A stretch of 64,000 nt of DNA from assembly GCA_964016885.1 (NCBI GenBank), contig OZ024750.1:35216001-35280000 (forward strand), written 5' to 3'. Below, in pieces: positions 26,332 through 39,246 of this stretch. The notes below the pieces were generated by a model. The model had not been told where the DNA came from. It did not search any database and saw only the letters and a list, made by a program, of their open reading frames with translations. The position numbers and the translations under genes were made by a program. Each line of letters opens with the position of its first letter. The first letter of the stretch is position 1. The DNA is from Eledone cirrhosa (lineage: Eukaryota).

Positions 26332-27034
26332 AGATCTGGTTCATCTGAATCATCAAGCGCTTGCCACACATCTCGGAAGTTGTTTTTCGTTAATTCCTAG
26401 GCCGAAATACAATTCTCGCTAATTTATATTTGTATTAATCTCCCGAGTCTAGCTATTGACCAGTTAATTTTTTTGATTTTTTTTAGTTGATTCTATTGAC
26501 TGATGAATAGCTTATGTTAACTTTAACCATTCTGTCGAGAGCTTTATTGGATTTGTGATGTTTTGGATTCTTGCAATAATATACACAACTGAATTCATTC
26601 GCCTAAAATAAGGGTTGCCTCCCTTGCTGAACTCCACATGGGGTCAGTAATAGTCACTCCTTGAATTAGCAATTGAACTAAAACCTGTTGATAAAGTGGC
26701 TTCCTTGTTCAATCATCTTACCAGAAGCCTAACATTATTTATGTAAGTGGACAGTACTTGATTTAGGAGTCGCAGAAACCCAAATGCTGGATTTTACCAA
26801 CCTTCCAGGGGTCCGGGTAAATTTTCAATCACTTATATTTTTATTGTTTGACCCGAATTACTTGGTCGTTTCTTTGGCTGTGCGGATGTTTGTTTAACCA
26901 TCGTCTCAGTGTGTTTGGCCTTTAACGTATGTTGTAGCTCTGGTTCATCTGAATCATCGAGCGCTTGCCACACATGTCGGAAGTTGTTTTTCGTTAATTC
27001 CTAAGCCAAAATACGATTCTCGCTAATTTATATT
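26324..27034. mobile_element. (TA)-flanked element with ~108-bp terminal redundancy (period 604 bp); partial inverted copy at 60595-60836
   Basis: tatgttgtag(a/c)tctggttcatctgaatcatc...ctcgctaatttatattt at 26324 and 26928. Confidence 0.75.
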
Positions 27035-28284
27035 TATATATATTCACATACGTATGTGAGTGTGTCTAATAAATCCATATGTGTGTGTGTATTTGTGTGT
27101 ATGTCAATGTATCTAATAAATTCATATGTGTGTGCTTGTGTAACTAATAAATTCATGTATGTATGTAACTAATAATTCCATGTGTGTGTGTGTATGTAAC
27201 TAATAATTCCATGTGTGTATGTGTATGTAACTAATAAACTCATGTGTATGTATGTGGATGTAGATGTAACTAATAATTCTATATATGTGTGTGTGAGTGA
27301 GGATGTAACTAATAAATACATAAGTGTGTGTATGTATGCATGTGTATATGTGTGTATGTGCAAGTAATATGTCAGGTTTTCATATTGTGATTATGTACAC
27401 TAACTTAAAATAGTTGTCTCTATTGAGGAACCCTATTTATTTGACCTGCAGCAAAGTAAAGAAATTATCATTAATTCTCATTAAAGTACACATGTATGCT
27501 ACTTCATGAAGTCTACCATGTAGTCCTTGGGCAGAATAGACTCCTGATTATGTGTATTGTTCTAGTTTTATTGATATTTTCTTCACATTACACTCCAACA
27601 CTATCTTTTGATGCTCTCAAGTCTGCCTGGAAGTTTTTACTTTTGTTTTGGATTTAACACTTTATTTTCGCAGGAACTCCTCAATTTGCATGGAGAATTC
27701 CTGTTGCCATATTTAGCCATTTTGAAAAAATTTCTTTCTCTCTCTTTATATATATTTTTTTTAATTTTTGTCATATATTTATATTTTTTATATATTTGTA
27801 TTTATCATATATATATTTTTTTTTCATATTTAGAATAGTTTTTAATCATATTTAGAGTAGTTTTTAATCATATTTAGAATAGTTTTAATCATATTTAGAG
27901 TAGTTTTTAATCATTTTCAATGAAATACTTTAATAATTTTAACAAAAACATGCCCGTATTAAGCTGTGTGTAATTGTGTGAGTTTTCAATAATGTTAGGA
28001 CCTGACATATGTATGACGCTAACATTTCTTATCAATATAGTAAGCCTAAGCCAGTCCTATCATAGCTATGAATCAGTTCTGTTGCAGCCAGAGTCGGATT
28101 AAGCTGACTGTCTACTTAAATTGGCAATGCAATATACTACACTTAGTTTAATGTTAGGTTTAGTAGATATTTTTGAAGGTGTTGGAAAATAGCCCTAAGT
28201 GCAGTCGTCAAAGCTATTGTTATTTCTTTCACATGTAAATTTCTAAACTAATATATAATGTAAATCATGACTTGTTTGACAACA

Positions 28285-28286
<2 letters not shown>

Positions 28287-28331
<45 letters not shown>

Positions 28332-29742
28332 TTTTATTATATCTTCTTTCTGTGCTGGTTAGGTTGGATGGGTTATCACAGTTCAAGACCAAGTATCTTA
28401 TGGAGTGTATTGAGTGCATTTTTGCATGGTTCCAGTACTCCCACTTTACAGAGTGGACTGGGTGTGTTTTATTGTAACACCACTGCTACTACTTTTCAGG
28501 TTGGACTGAGTGTATTCTATTGTAGCACCAGCACTACCACTTTACAGAGTGGATTGGCAGCATTTTATTGTAACACCAGCATTATCACTTTACAGAATGA
28601 ACTGGGTGTATTTTATTGTGGCACCAGCACTATCACTTTATAGAATGAACTGGGTGTATTTTATTATGGCACCAGCACTATCACTTTACAGAATGAACTG
28701 GGTGTATTTTATTGTGGCACCAGCACTATCACTTTATAGAATGAAGTGGGTGTATTTTATTGTGGCACCAGCACTATCACTTTATAGAATGAAGTGGGTG
28801 TATTTTATTGTGACACCAGCACTATCACTTTATAGAATGAAGTGGGTGTATTTTATTGTGGCACCAGCACTATCACTTTATAGAATGAACTGGGTGTATT
28901 TTATTGTGGCCCCAGCACTATCACTTTACAGAATGAACTGGGTGTATTTTATTGTGACACCAGCACTATCACTTTACAGAATGAACTGGGTGTATTTTAT
29001 TGTGGCACCAGCACTATCACTTTATAGAATGAACTGGGTGTATTTTATTGTGGCACCAGCACTATCACTTTATAGAATGAACTGGGTGTATTTTATTGTG
29101 GCACCAGCACTATCACTTTACAGAATGAACTGGGTGTATTTTATTGTGACACCAGCGCTATCACTTTATAGAATGAACTGGGTGTATTTTATTGTGGCAC
29201 CAGCACTATCACTTTATAGAATGAAGTGGGTGTATTTTATTGTGGCACCAGCACTATCACTTAATAGAATGAACTGGGTGTATTTTATTGTGGCACCAGC
29301 ACTATCACTTTACAGAATGAACTGGGTGTATTTTATTGTGGCACCAGCACTATCACTTTATAGAATGAAGTGGGTGTATTTTATTGTGACACCAGCACTA
29401 TCACTTTATAGAGTGGACTGAGTGTGTTTTATTGTAACAGCAGTTCTACCACTTTTCAGGATGGACTGGGTATGGTTTATTGTCACCAACACTATTGCTT
29501 TATAGAATTGACTGGGTGTGTTTTATTCTTTAACCAGTACTACCACTTTACAGAGTGTACTGGGTGTGTTGTAATATCGCACCAGCACTGTCACTTTACA
29601 GAATGGACTGGGTGTATTTTATCATGACAGCAGCACTACCACCTTAAAGAGTGAACTGAGTGTCTTTTATTGTCACATCAGCACTACCATTTTACAAAGT
29701 GGACTGGGTGTCTTTTATTGTCACACCAGCACTACCACTTTA
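28287..29742 (-). repeat. 48-bp minisatellite expanded inside a retroposon 3' region
   Basis: Unit ttattgtggcaccagcactatcactttatagaatgaactgggtgtatt; preceded by a (CAT)n tail; explains the 303-aa repetitive ORF. Confidence 0.92.
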
Positions 29743-30164
29743 TTGTTCATCTGGAAGATCTGCTACCATACACATGACCAGATAATAGTTACAGATATAT
29801 TATTTAACACTAGTCTAAGTTTAATTATTCTGTCACTCACCCTAATTACCTCAATTACATTAATTATTCTGTTGCATAGTCTAACTACCTCAATTATCTA
29901 CCCAATATTTACCCATTTCACTGCAAGTAATCTACCCACACCATCCACCCAGAAGCAGATGTCTTGCAACTAACACAAATATGTATTAACTTGGGAACAC
30001 AATATGTATCAGGAGTGGTTTGATTGAAAGTGTACAGTAAGCAAGGGGTAGAAGTAGTTCAGAAATGTGTTATAAATGTTGCTCGTTGTTACACTTCATA
30101 GAAAAGGGTGAAATGGGTAGCTGTAGAAAGCACATGTTATACATAAATACGTGTGTGTGCATTC

Positions 30165-30556
30165 ATTTCATTTTCATTTCATTTTTTACGTCCGCTTTTC
30201 CCTGCTTGCAAGGGTGGGACGGGAACTGATTCTGGCTTGATTTCTACAGCTGGATGCCCTTCCTAACACCAACCTCATTTACAGTGAGTGCTGGGTGCTT
30301 TTTTGCCGTGGCACCTCCACGACCACTTTACAGTGTGGGCTGGGTGCTTTTTTGCCGTGGCACCTCCACGACCACTTTGCAGTGGAATGATATGGACCCC
30401 AGTCCCTATCATCTCATTTCTACAGCTGAGTAAACTGGAGCAATGTGAAATAAAGTGTCTTGCTCAAGGAAACAACACATCACCTGGTCTGAGAATTGAA
30501 TTCACAACCTTTCGATTGCAAGGCCAATGCTCTAACCACTAAGCCATGTGCCTCCA
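30165..30556 (-). mobile_element. tRNA-derived SINE with RTE-like tail
   Basis: Same family as 13926-14276. Confidence 0.88.
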
Positions 30557-30830
30557 TATATATATGGGTGTGTGTATATGTATAGCATTTATTTTATAAA
30601 ATACATGGAACTCTTTTAACCATCTTTTGATCTTATATTATTTATACTCCAGTCCTATAAACTGTTGAGTGCTACTTATCCGATATTTGCATTGCTTTAT
30701 TGTGCTACAATAAAACTCACCTCCTACATATATATACACAGGTTGAGTATAAAGTTTTTCTGAACATGTTTTACATTTTCAGTAACAAAATGGTATCTAG
30801 GAAGCAAAAAAGGAAAGACTTTATGCTCAC

Positions 30831-30861
<31 letters not shown>

Positions 30862-30863
30862 GT

Positions 30864-32060
30864 GTTCTTCCTCTCAACCACATCATCTTCCGTATTCTCA
30901 ATCTTTGCTCCCAAATACAGGAAGTCCTCAACCAATTCTAGCAGCTTCCCACCTACATTAGGGATCTCCTCTGGCTTCTCAACATTCTCTACCAGATATT
31001 TTGTTTTAGTCTCATTCATTCTCAGCCCCACACTCATCGACACAGTCTCAACCTCCTGCATCAAATCCTCTGCCTCCTTCACTGTATTTGTCACCAAAAC
31101 TATGTTGTCGGCAAATTCAGCATCTGATATCTTTTTCGCCTTAACTCTCCTGCTCTGAGCCGGTGCTACAGTAAAGCCAGAGTCCTGGTGTTTCTCCAGT
31201 GCAAGGCGCATACAATAGTCCACTACGATGATAAAAAGGTAGGGAGCCAATGTATCTCCCTGGAGCACTCCAGCCAGTATTTCAAAGAATTCTGTCATCC
31301 CATCAGGTGTAATGACTTGGGCTTTGGTGTTGGTGTAGAGCAGTGATATCAGGTCCACTATCTTCTTGGGGATTCCATAAGCCGGTAAGATCTTCATCAG
31401 GCAGTGACGGTCCACAGAATCAAAGGCCTTCCTAAAGTCAATGAAAACCATGACCGCAGGAAGGCACTTTGCTCTAGCTCCCTCTAATATCCTCCTCAGC
31501 ATCAGCATGTGACTGGTGGTTGATCTTCCCTCTCTGAAGCTGTTCTGGTTGTCCCTGAGCTTCTTCTCCATCTCAGGCTGGATCGGTGTGGAAGTTGAAC
31601 CTTTGTAAAGACCTAAAAATCTGCCTCTTCATTGCTGTAGTGGAGTCTGTGCTGCTGTACGGGTCTGAGACTTGGACACTGACCAAGAAACTCACTCAGA
31701 TGGTGGATGGGTGCTACACGAGAATGCTGAGGATGGCTCTGAACATTAATCAGTATACACTGAGGATGACAAACTAAGAGCTGTATGGGAGCATCCCAAA
31801 AGTCAGCTCAAAAGTGATACAGAGGAGATTGAGGTTAGCTGGACATGCTCACCGACATCCAGAGTTGACATTGCACTCAGTGCTCCTGTGGGAGCCCCTA
31901 CATGGACACACTGGAAGAGGAAGACCAAGGTTAACGTATGTTGATGCCCTAAGGACAGACACTGGTCTGTTGGAGACGCAGGACATGGCAGTGATAATGA
32001 GGGACAGAGACCGCTGGAGAGAACTCATCCATGGATCTCTGGAATATCACCCGCCCTAGA
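30864..32060. mobile_element. RTE/RTEX-like LINE with 5' inversion (30864-31585 minus, 31586-32060 plus)
   Basis: Minus: FIDFRKAFDSV, GVLQGDTLAPYLF, EFADNI, FLYLG. Plus: VESVLLYGSETW, RRLRLAGH, GRGRPR. Confidence 0.9.
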
Positions 32061-32079
32061 AATATATATATGTAAGATG

Positions 32080-32188
32080 TATAATGTTAAGAGAGAATCT
32101 CACAGCACTCATATTAAGTATCATATATATATATATGATACTAAATATGAGTGCTGTGAGATTCTCTCTTAATATTACACATCTCACA
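32080..32188. repeat. Short foldback centred on (TA)n
   Basis: gagagaatctcacagcactcatatt / aatatgagtgctgtgagattctctc. Confidence 0.8.
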
Positions 32189-32769
32189 TATATGACAGAA
32201 TATATATTTTAATGTTGAACAGAAGTATTCAATAATGAATGTATTCAATAATGATAGTATTCAATAAAAATGATTGAAATAATAAACAGGAAGAAAGAAA
32301 AAGAGGGGAGAAAAATGATTTAATGAAAAAGGGGAGAAAAGAGAGACAAACTCTGCACCCTTGACTGGGCAGTTTTTACCAGTTGTGCCCTGTAGTCTAA
32401 GTGGTGAACGCAATGCTATGGAAAGCAGCCTGTATCACCTACTGCATCAGCTATTCCACCTTCTGAGGACCCTTCCTCAGGTGAGATACACCCCTCTTGA
32501 TCTTTGCGAAGACAGTAGCCTGGTGATTGAAGAAACTAGAGGTGTTGGTGGCTCTTGGCACAAAAATGTAGTGGTTGGTGAAGTTGAAGTATTTTCATAT
32601 CTTCCACTCGTTTGTGTTACAGGTAACAGTGTCTGGGCTTGTAGCCAAAAGAATGAGATTAGAGCCAGAGAGTATGACATGTGGCATCCCAGGTTAAAGA
32701 GTTACACTCCTGTTCATATAATATTTTCTTCTATGTGTAAATAAGATTCCCTTTAACATTTTACCATTT

Positions 32770-33505
32770 ACATTACTCTATATATACTATTATATTTTCA
32801 TGGTAAACATTTCTCTATATATACTATTATATTTTCATGGTAAACATTACTCTATATATACTATTATATTTTCATGATAAACATTACTCTATATATATAC
32901 TACTGTAGTTTCAAGATAAACATTACTCTATATATAATATTGTAGTTTCATGATAAATAATTACTCTATATATAGTATTGTAGTTTCATGATAAACATTA
33001 CTCTATATATAGTATTGTAGTTTCATGATAAACATTACTCTATATATATACTACTATAGTTTCATGATAAACATTACTCTATATATACTATTATATTTTC
33101 ATGATAAACATTACTCTATATAGATACTATTATAGTTTCATGATAAACATTACTCTATATATATATATACTATTATATTTTCATGATAAACATTACTCTA
33201 TATATACTATTATATTTTCATGATAAACATTACTCTATATATATACTAGTATAGTTTCATGATAAACATTACTCTATATATATACTATTATAGTTTCATG
33301 ATAAACATTACTCTATATATATATACTATTATAGTTTCATGATAAACATTACTCTATATATAGTATTGTAGTTTCATGATAAACATTACTCTATATATAC
33401 TACTGTAGTTTCATGATAAACATTACTCTATATATACTACTGTAGTTTCATGATAAACATTACTCTATATATACTATTATATTTTCATGATAAACATTAT
33501 ATATA
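32770..33505. repeat. AT-rich ~36-40-bp minisatellite (tttcatgataaacattactctatatatactattata)
   Basis: Visible directly. Confidence 0.93.
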
Positions 33506-33506
33506 C

Positions 33507-33936
33507 TGAAACAAAATGAAAACGAAATTTCATTTCTCACTCTTAGTATGGCACTTACTTAAATGTAAGTATGCATGTATACGTACATACATATATGTAT
33601 ACAGACGTACAGTAGCATGCACACATATATATATACATATATACATACATATGCATACAGGTACACATACATATATGCACGTATCAGTTTAGCGGCGCTT
33701 ATTATAACGTCGCTTTGTTCGTTTGTAAACAAACTGAACAGCCTGAATTTATGCCATACGGTGTTAAGGCAACCACGTCACCTTTTTGTTCAACACTGAC
33801 ACAGGAACGATGTACTAGTTTCAAGCTTGTTAGCTATCATCAGCACCGTTTACCCATCTGCCAGATAGTTGAACGTTCGAAAGTATATACTTTCCTTATG
33901 AAAATTAACGGCTGAGCAGCCTAATTTGCATATTGA
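33507..33936 (-). mobile_element. Solo near-monomer of the 466-bp hammerhead repeat (HHR at 33806-33850)
   Basis: Nearly identical to 51848-52275. Confidence 0.92.
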
Positions 33937-35757
33937 CATTCTGACTTCAAATGCTGCCAAATTTATCTTTGCCTTTCATCCTTACTTAGTCGATAACAGA
34001 AAGTACCAGTAACGCACTGGGTTTAATTTAATCAACTTTCCCTCCCCCAAATTGTTGGCCTTTGTGCCTAAATCAGAAATCATTATTATGTCATTCTGAG
34101 TTCAAATCCCGCCGAGGTTAACTTTGCCTTTCATCCTTACGGGGTCAATAAAATAAAGTACCAGTAATGTACTGGGCAAGAACTGGCCTTGTGCCAAAAG
34201 TAGAAACAATAATTATTGTTATGTCCAGGGTGGGTGATTTGGTAGTAATTGGTAGAGTGTCAGACAACATGTTTTGTGGCATAGAGTTATGTCCCTTTAT
34301 GTTCTGAGTTGAAATCCCACTGAGGTTAGCTTTGCCTTTCTTCCTTACGGGGTCAATAAAATAAAGTACCAGTAATGCACTGGGATAATTGCTGGCCTTG
34401 TGTCAAAAGTAGAAACAATAATTATTGTTATGTCCAGGGTGGGTGATTTGGTAGTAATTGGTAGAGTGTCAGACAACATGTTTTGTGGCATAGAGTTATG
34501 TCCCTTTATGTTCTGAGTTGAAATCCCACCGAGGTTAGCTTTGCCTTTCATCCTTACGGGGTCAATAAAATAAAGTACCAGTAATACACTGGATTCAATT
34601 TAATTGATTTTCCCTCTTCCAAATTGTTGGCCCTGTGTCATGGTTTCTGATTTAGACATGGTTTCTGATTTAGACACTGGGGTAATTGCTGGCACAAGGC
34701 GCAAGGCCAGCAATTACCCCAGTGCATTACTGGTACTTTATTTTATTGACCCCGTAAGGAAGAAAGGCAAAGCTAACCTCAGTGGGATTTCAACTCAGAA
34801 CATAAAGGGACATAACTCTATGCCACAAAACATGTTGTCTGACACTCTACCAATTACTACCAAATCACCCACCCTGGACATAACAATAATTATTGTTTCT
34901 ACTTTTGGCACAAGGCCAGTTATTACTCAGTACATTACTGGTACTTTATTTTATTGACACCGTAAGGAAGAAAGGCAAAGTTAACCTCGGTGGGATTTGA
35001 ACTCAGATCGGGTTAGCAGAACATATAGGCAGTAAATTGATTGAGTCATGAGGTAGAAACGTTGAGAGTATTTCTTCCAGATCTCTTCTCTCTGCCCTCA
35101 GCTCAAATTCTGTAATTATCAACTTTGCCTTTCATCCTTTCAAGGTTGATAAAAAAAAGTACCAGTTAAATACTGAGGTTAGTTCTTCCTCTATAACTCT
35201 CCCCCACTCACTCTCTCTCTCTCTCTCTCTCACTGTGTGTGTGGAAAAAAATCAGCTGCGTTTAGACCTGAAGGAAGAAGAGAAGATGAAGAAAACAAAG
35301 AAGAAATAATGGTTTCTACTATAGGCACCAAGCCAGTTATTTGGGGGGAGGAGGGGAGGGGAAAGTCAATTAAATTGACCCCAGTGCATTACTGGTATTT
35401 TATTTTATCAACCCCGTAAGAATGAAAGGTAAAGCTAACCTCGGTGGGATTTGAACTCAGAATGCAAAGGGCCATAACTCTATGCTGCAAAGCATAGTGC
35501 CTGACACTCTACTGATACTGCCAATCCACTGCCCTTAATAATATATAATGATAATAAAAAAAAATAATAATAATAATTATTTCTACTTTTGGCACAAGGC
35601 CAGCAATTATCCCAGTGTATTACTGGTACTTTATTTTATCGAGCCCGTAAGGATGAAAGGCAAAGTTAACTTCGGCGGGATTTGAACTCAGACCATAAAG
35701 GGCCGTAACTCTTTGCTGCAAAGCATGGCGTCCGACACTCTACTGCCAATTCACCAT
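33937..35757. mobile_element. Cluster of Meta-like tRNA SINEs in tandem and inverted arrangement
   Basis: Repeated ctttgcctttcatccttacggggtcaataaaataaagtaccag; ~218-bp tandem at 34095-34600; inverted copy at 34690-35006. Confidence 0.82.
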
Positions 35758-35764
35758 AATAATA

Positions 35765-36560
35765 ATTCAGAGATCCACAGACATGGAACTGGTTAATAAA
35801 AAGAGACCTTAAAAAAGCTACAGGAGGAATGCTAATGGCTGCACAAGAGCAAGCCCTTAGAACGAAGTGGGTGAAACACCATATTGACAAGGAGGAGGCT
35901 AGCTCACTGTGTAGGATCTGTGGAGAGAGAGAGGAGACTGTGGCTCACATTGTTTCTGAGTGTAAACACCTAGCCCAGACTCACTATCAAGGCTGGAGAC
36001 ATGATGTGATAGGCAGGGTGAACCACTGGCATCTATGCAAGCTAAATAAGTTACCACATTCTGAGAAGTGGTATGCGCATAAGCCAGAGTCAGTGATAGA
36101 AAACGATCAGGTGAAGGTGCTATGGGATTTTAGGATACAGACAGACAAGAAATTAGAACATAACAGGCCTGACCTGGTGGTTTTGGACAAGGATAAAAGA
36201 TTGTGCCTGATTGTAGATGTAGCCTGCCCCTTTGACACGAGAGTGCAAGAAAAGGAGAAGGAGAAAATTAACCGATACCAGGATTTAAAGTAGGAGTTAA
36301 AAAAAGGATTTGGGACTGTCATGAGATCAAGGTCATCCCGATTTTCATAGGAGCACTAGGTACTATCTCAAAGAGTTTTCAAGGATGGTTAAAGAACATT
36401 ATTCCAGCCTCCTTTTTGGAACTCTTCAAAAGGTATGCTTTCTGAGAACAGCAAGAACCCTTCGATACATCCTGAATATCTGAGGCTGCATGTAGCGGCT
36501 TGATGTTCATTTGGACAAACTTTCCAGTTAAATAACATCAATGAATGAGACTCCAAGAAT
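35765..36560 (+). mobile_element. RLE-type non-LTR retrotransposon 3' end (R4/Dong-like)
   Basis: ORF 35829-36293: CCHC knuckle (CRIC...HIVSEC), RHD, RPDLVV...DVACP restriction-like endonuclease; flanked by (TAA)n. Confidence 0.88.
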
Positions 36561-36573
36561 AATAATAAATATA

Positions 36574-36605
<32 letters not shown>

Positions 36606-36917
36606 AGAGCTTGGCATGCTGGAGGTAGACACAAAGTAACGAGGCCAGAATTTTAGTTTGCTTTACTTTGAAAATGAAGTTTTTCTACCTGTCTAGCATA
36701 TTTTTGGTAAATGTGAAAACTCTGCATTATAACACTGATGGTGCTAAATATATATCTTTGATAAACTTTCAGTTCATCTTTTAAATACTCAATGTGAAAT
36801 GTTTTTACAACAAAATTTCATTTGTGCAACAATTATTGTATTATGTTCTGCTAACCCGATCTCTAAATATATTGTATATAGGTTAAATCAATAAAGATAT
36901 TTTGAACACTTCCATAG

Positions 36918-36919
<2 letters not shown>

Positions 36920-36998
<79 letters not shown>

Positions 36999-37003
36999 TA
37001 TAC

Positions 37004-37084
<81 letters not shown>

Positions 37085-37100
37085 CATATATATATGCATG
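36920..37100. repeat. (TA)n microsatellite
   Basis: Visible directly. Confidence 0.97.
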
Positions 37101-37221
37101 TATGTGAGTGTTTATATATAGGGAGATTAATTTTTTTTTTCCAATTTGGAAGATGATGGTTAAGTTTAAATGTTTCCTTGTCAAAACAACAAATAAATAA
37201 CTGAATAAACGATAAAAAAAT

Positions 37222-37334
37222 AGATAGAGAGAGGTGGGAGAGAGAGAGTTGGGAGAGAGAGTGTATATGATCTTTCGATTGAGAGAAAGAGAAAGATCTT
37301 TAGATAGATAGAGAGAGAGAGAGATCTTTAGATT

Positions 37335-37374
<40 letters not shown>

Positions 37375-37408
37375 TCTTTAGATTGAGAGAGAGAGAGAGA
37401 GAGATCTT

Positions 37409-37440
<32 letters not shown>

Positions 37441-37447
37441 TCTTTAG

Positions 37448-37495
<48 letters not shown>

Positions 37496-37525
37496 TTAGA
37501 TTGAGAGAGAGAGAGAATTCTTTAG
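37222..37525. repeat. (GA)n tracts punctuated by gatctttagatt
   Basis: Visible directly. Confidence 0.9.
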
Positions 37526-38027
37526 ATTCACTTTATTTCTTTGAGTAATGTCAGACTTAAAAAAATATAAATCTCTTAGAACAATCTAGAGTAACTTTAT
37601 GACAATATGGAGGTTATTGATTGAGGGGTTGTTTTGTTCTTTTAAAACATGCTTTTATACATTTTATCCTTCATAACATTATACAAGAAGCAATTGTTAA
37701 AAATATTTATGCAGAATTTTTAATAAAATTTGATTAAATAAGTGAAGAATCGAAATTTAGTTAGATATGGGAAAGTTAGATGGTGGGGAAAGTAATTTTA
37801 TCTTCTAACCAAGTGTATTTCTTCAAATATATTCTGAAATTCTATTGACTGAAGGGGAAAAAATGGAGGGGCAACAAGACAAAATATAGAAGAAAGACTA
37901 AAATATTATTTCAAATTCACTTTGCTGAAATGGAAACATTCATTACTTTGTAAATTATTTATGGTAAATGCTTACAGATAAGTAACTCTAAGATATTAAA
38001 TGTAGGGACCTCACATACGTAACATTT

Positions 38028-38108
38028 CTATCTCTCTCTTCCTCTACCTCTCTCTATCTTTCTTTCTCTCTCTCCCCTGTCTTTCTCTGTCTCTCTCTTT
38101 CTTCTCTC

Positions 38109-38165
<57 letters not shown>

Positions 38166-38480
38166 GTCTTTCTTTCTCTATCTCTCTCTTTCTCTGTCTT
38201 TCTTTCGTTGTCTTTCTTTCGCTGTCTTTCTTTCTCTCTGTGTGTCTTTCTCTCATTGTCTCTTTCTTTCTTCTCTCTCTCTCTCTCTCTGTCTTTCTCT
38301 GTCTCTCTGTCTGTCTTTCTTTCTCTTTCTTTCTCTCTCTCTCTCTCTCCCTCTCACTCTCTCTCTCTCTGTCTTTCTCTGTCTCTCTGTCTGTCTGTCT
38401 TTCTTCCTCTTTCTCTGTCTCTCTATCTCTGTCTTTCTCTGTCTCTCTCTCTCTGTCTGCTTTTTTTTCTCTGTTTGTCT

Positions 38481-38534
<54 letters not shown>

Positions 38535-38795
38535 CTTTCTCTTTTTCTCTCTCATTCTGTCTCTGTTTATCACCCCTTCTCTCTTTTCTCTCTCTTTCAC
38601 TCACTCACTCACTCACATACTTTGTTGCTCCCTCTCATTTTCTTTCTATATCTCTCTCTCTCACTCTTTGTATCTCTTTCGCTCGCTTTCCATTTATACC
38701 TATCTCTCCTTCTCACTATCTCTCTTTCTCTTTCGCTCTCCCTCCCTCTCTCAGATCATTTTTCTCAGCCCCCCCCCCCCCCCCATCTCTCTCAT
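38028..38795. repeat. (CT)n polypyrimidine low-complexity tract
   Basis: Visible directly; explains the ER- and SL-rich ORFs. Confidence 0.95.
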
Positions 38796-39061
38796 TTTAA
38801 ACATTTTATGGTTATTTTCTACAACTATCAGTTTAAAGAAATAAACTCCTCCAAACAGCTGTAAAAAATATATGAAGCAAAGCAAGATAAAATTAACTGC
38901 TGTTACATAAAAAACTATATCAGAATGCCTTGACTTCAAACTAATATTCTCTTTTTTTACAATTTTGTTTTCTTTCATTTATTTGGATTTAACTGCAAAT
39001 TTGTCATTTTTAAATGCAAGATTGAAATAAACAAAATTATATGAAAAAAATTATATATGTG

Positions 39062-39093
<32 letters not shown>

Positions 39094-39211
39094 TGTGTGT
39101 GTGTATACATTTCCATATGTGGTTGGTGACTGACAGATGACCCTATGATAATCAGGCAAAACTCCAGAGTAACAAGACTTATTATTTAGCTTTAAAACAA
39201 ATGAATATATG

Positions 39212-39242
<31 letters not shown>

Positions 39243-39246
<4 letters not shown>

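Noticed and set aside
28510-29421. 303-aa repetitive ORF
   Set aside because: It is the translation of a 48-bp minisatellite; no evidence of coding function.
32361-32744. Possible host exon in a unique, more GC-rich island (candidate donor cag|gtgaga near 32480)
   Set aside because: No recognisable protein motif in any frame and no supporting neighbouring exons; it cannot be supported without RNA-seq or homology.
36863-38864. YI-, ER- and SL-repeat ORFs (also at 43.2-43.8, 45.0 and 47.3 kb)
   Set aside because: Artefacts of (TA)n, (GA)n/(CT)n and (TAAAAA)n microsatellites.
39130-39180. Hammerhead-like cagatga...caaaactccagagta
   Set aside because: Both core segments deviate (CAGATGA, CAAAA) and stem I is not evident; at best a decayed copy.
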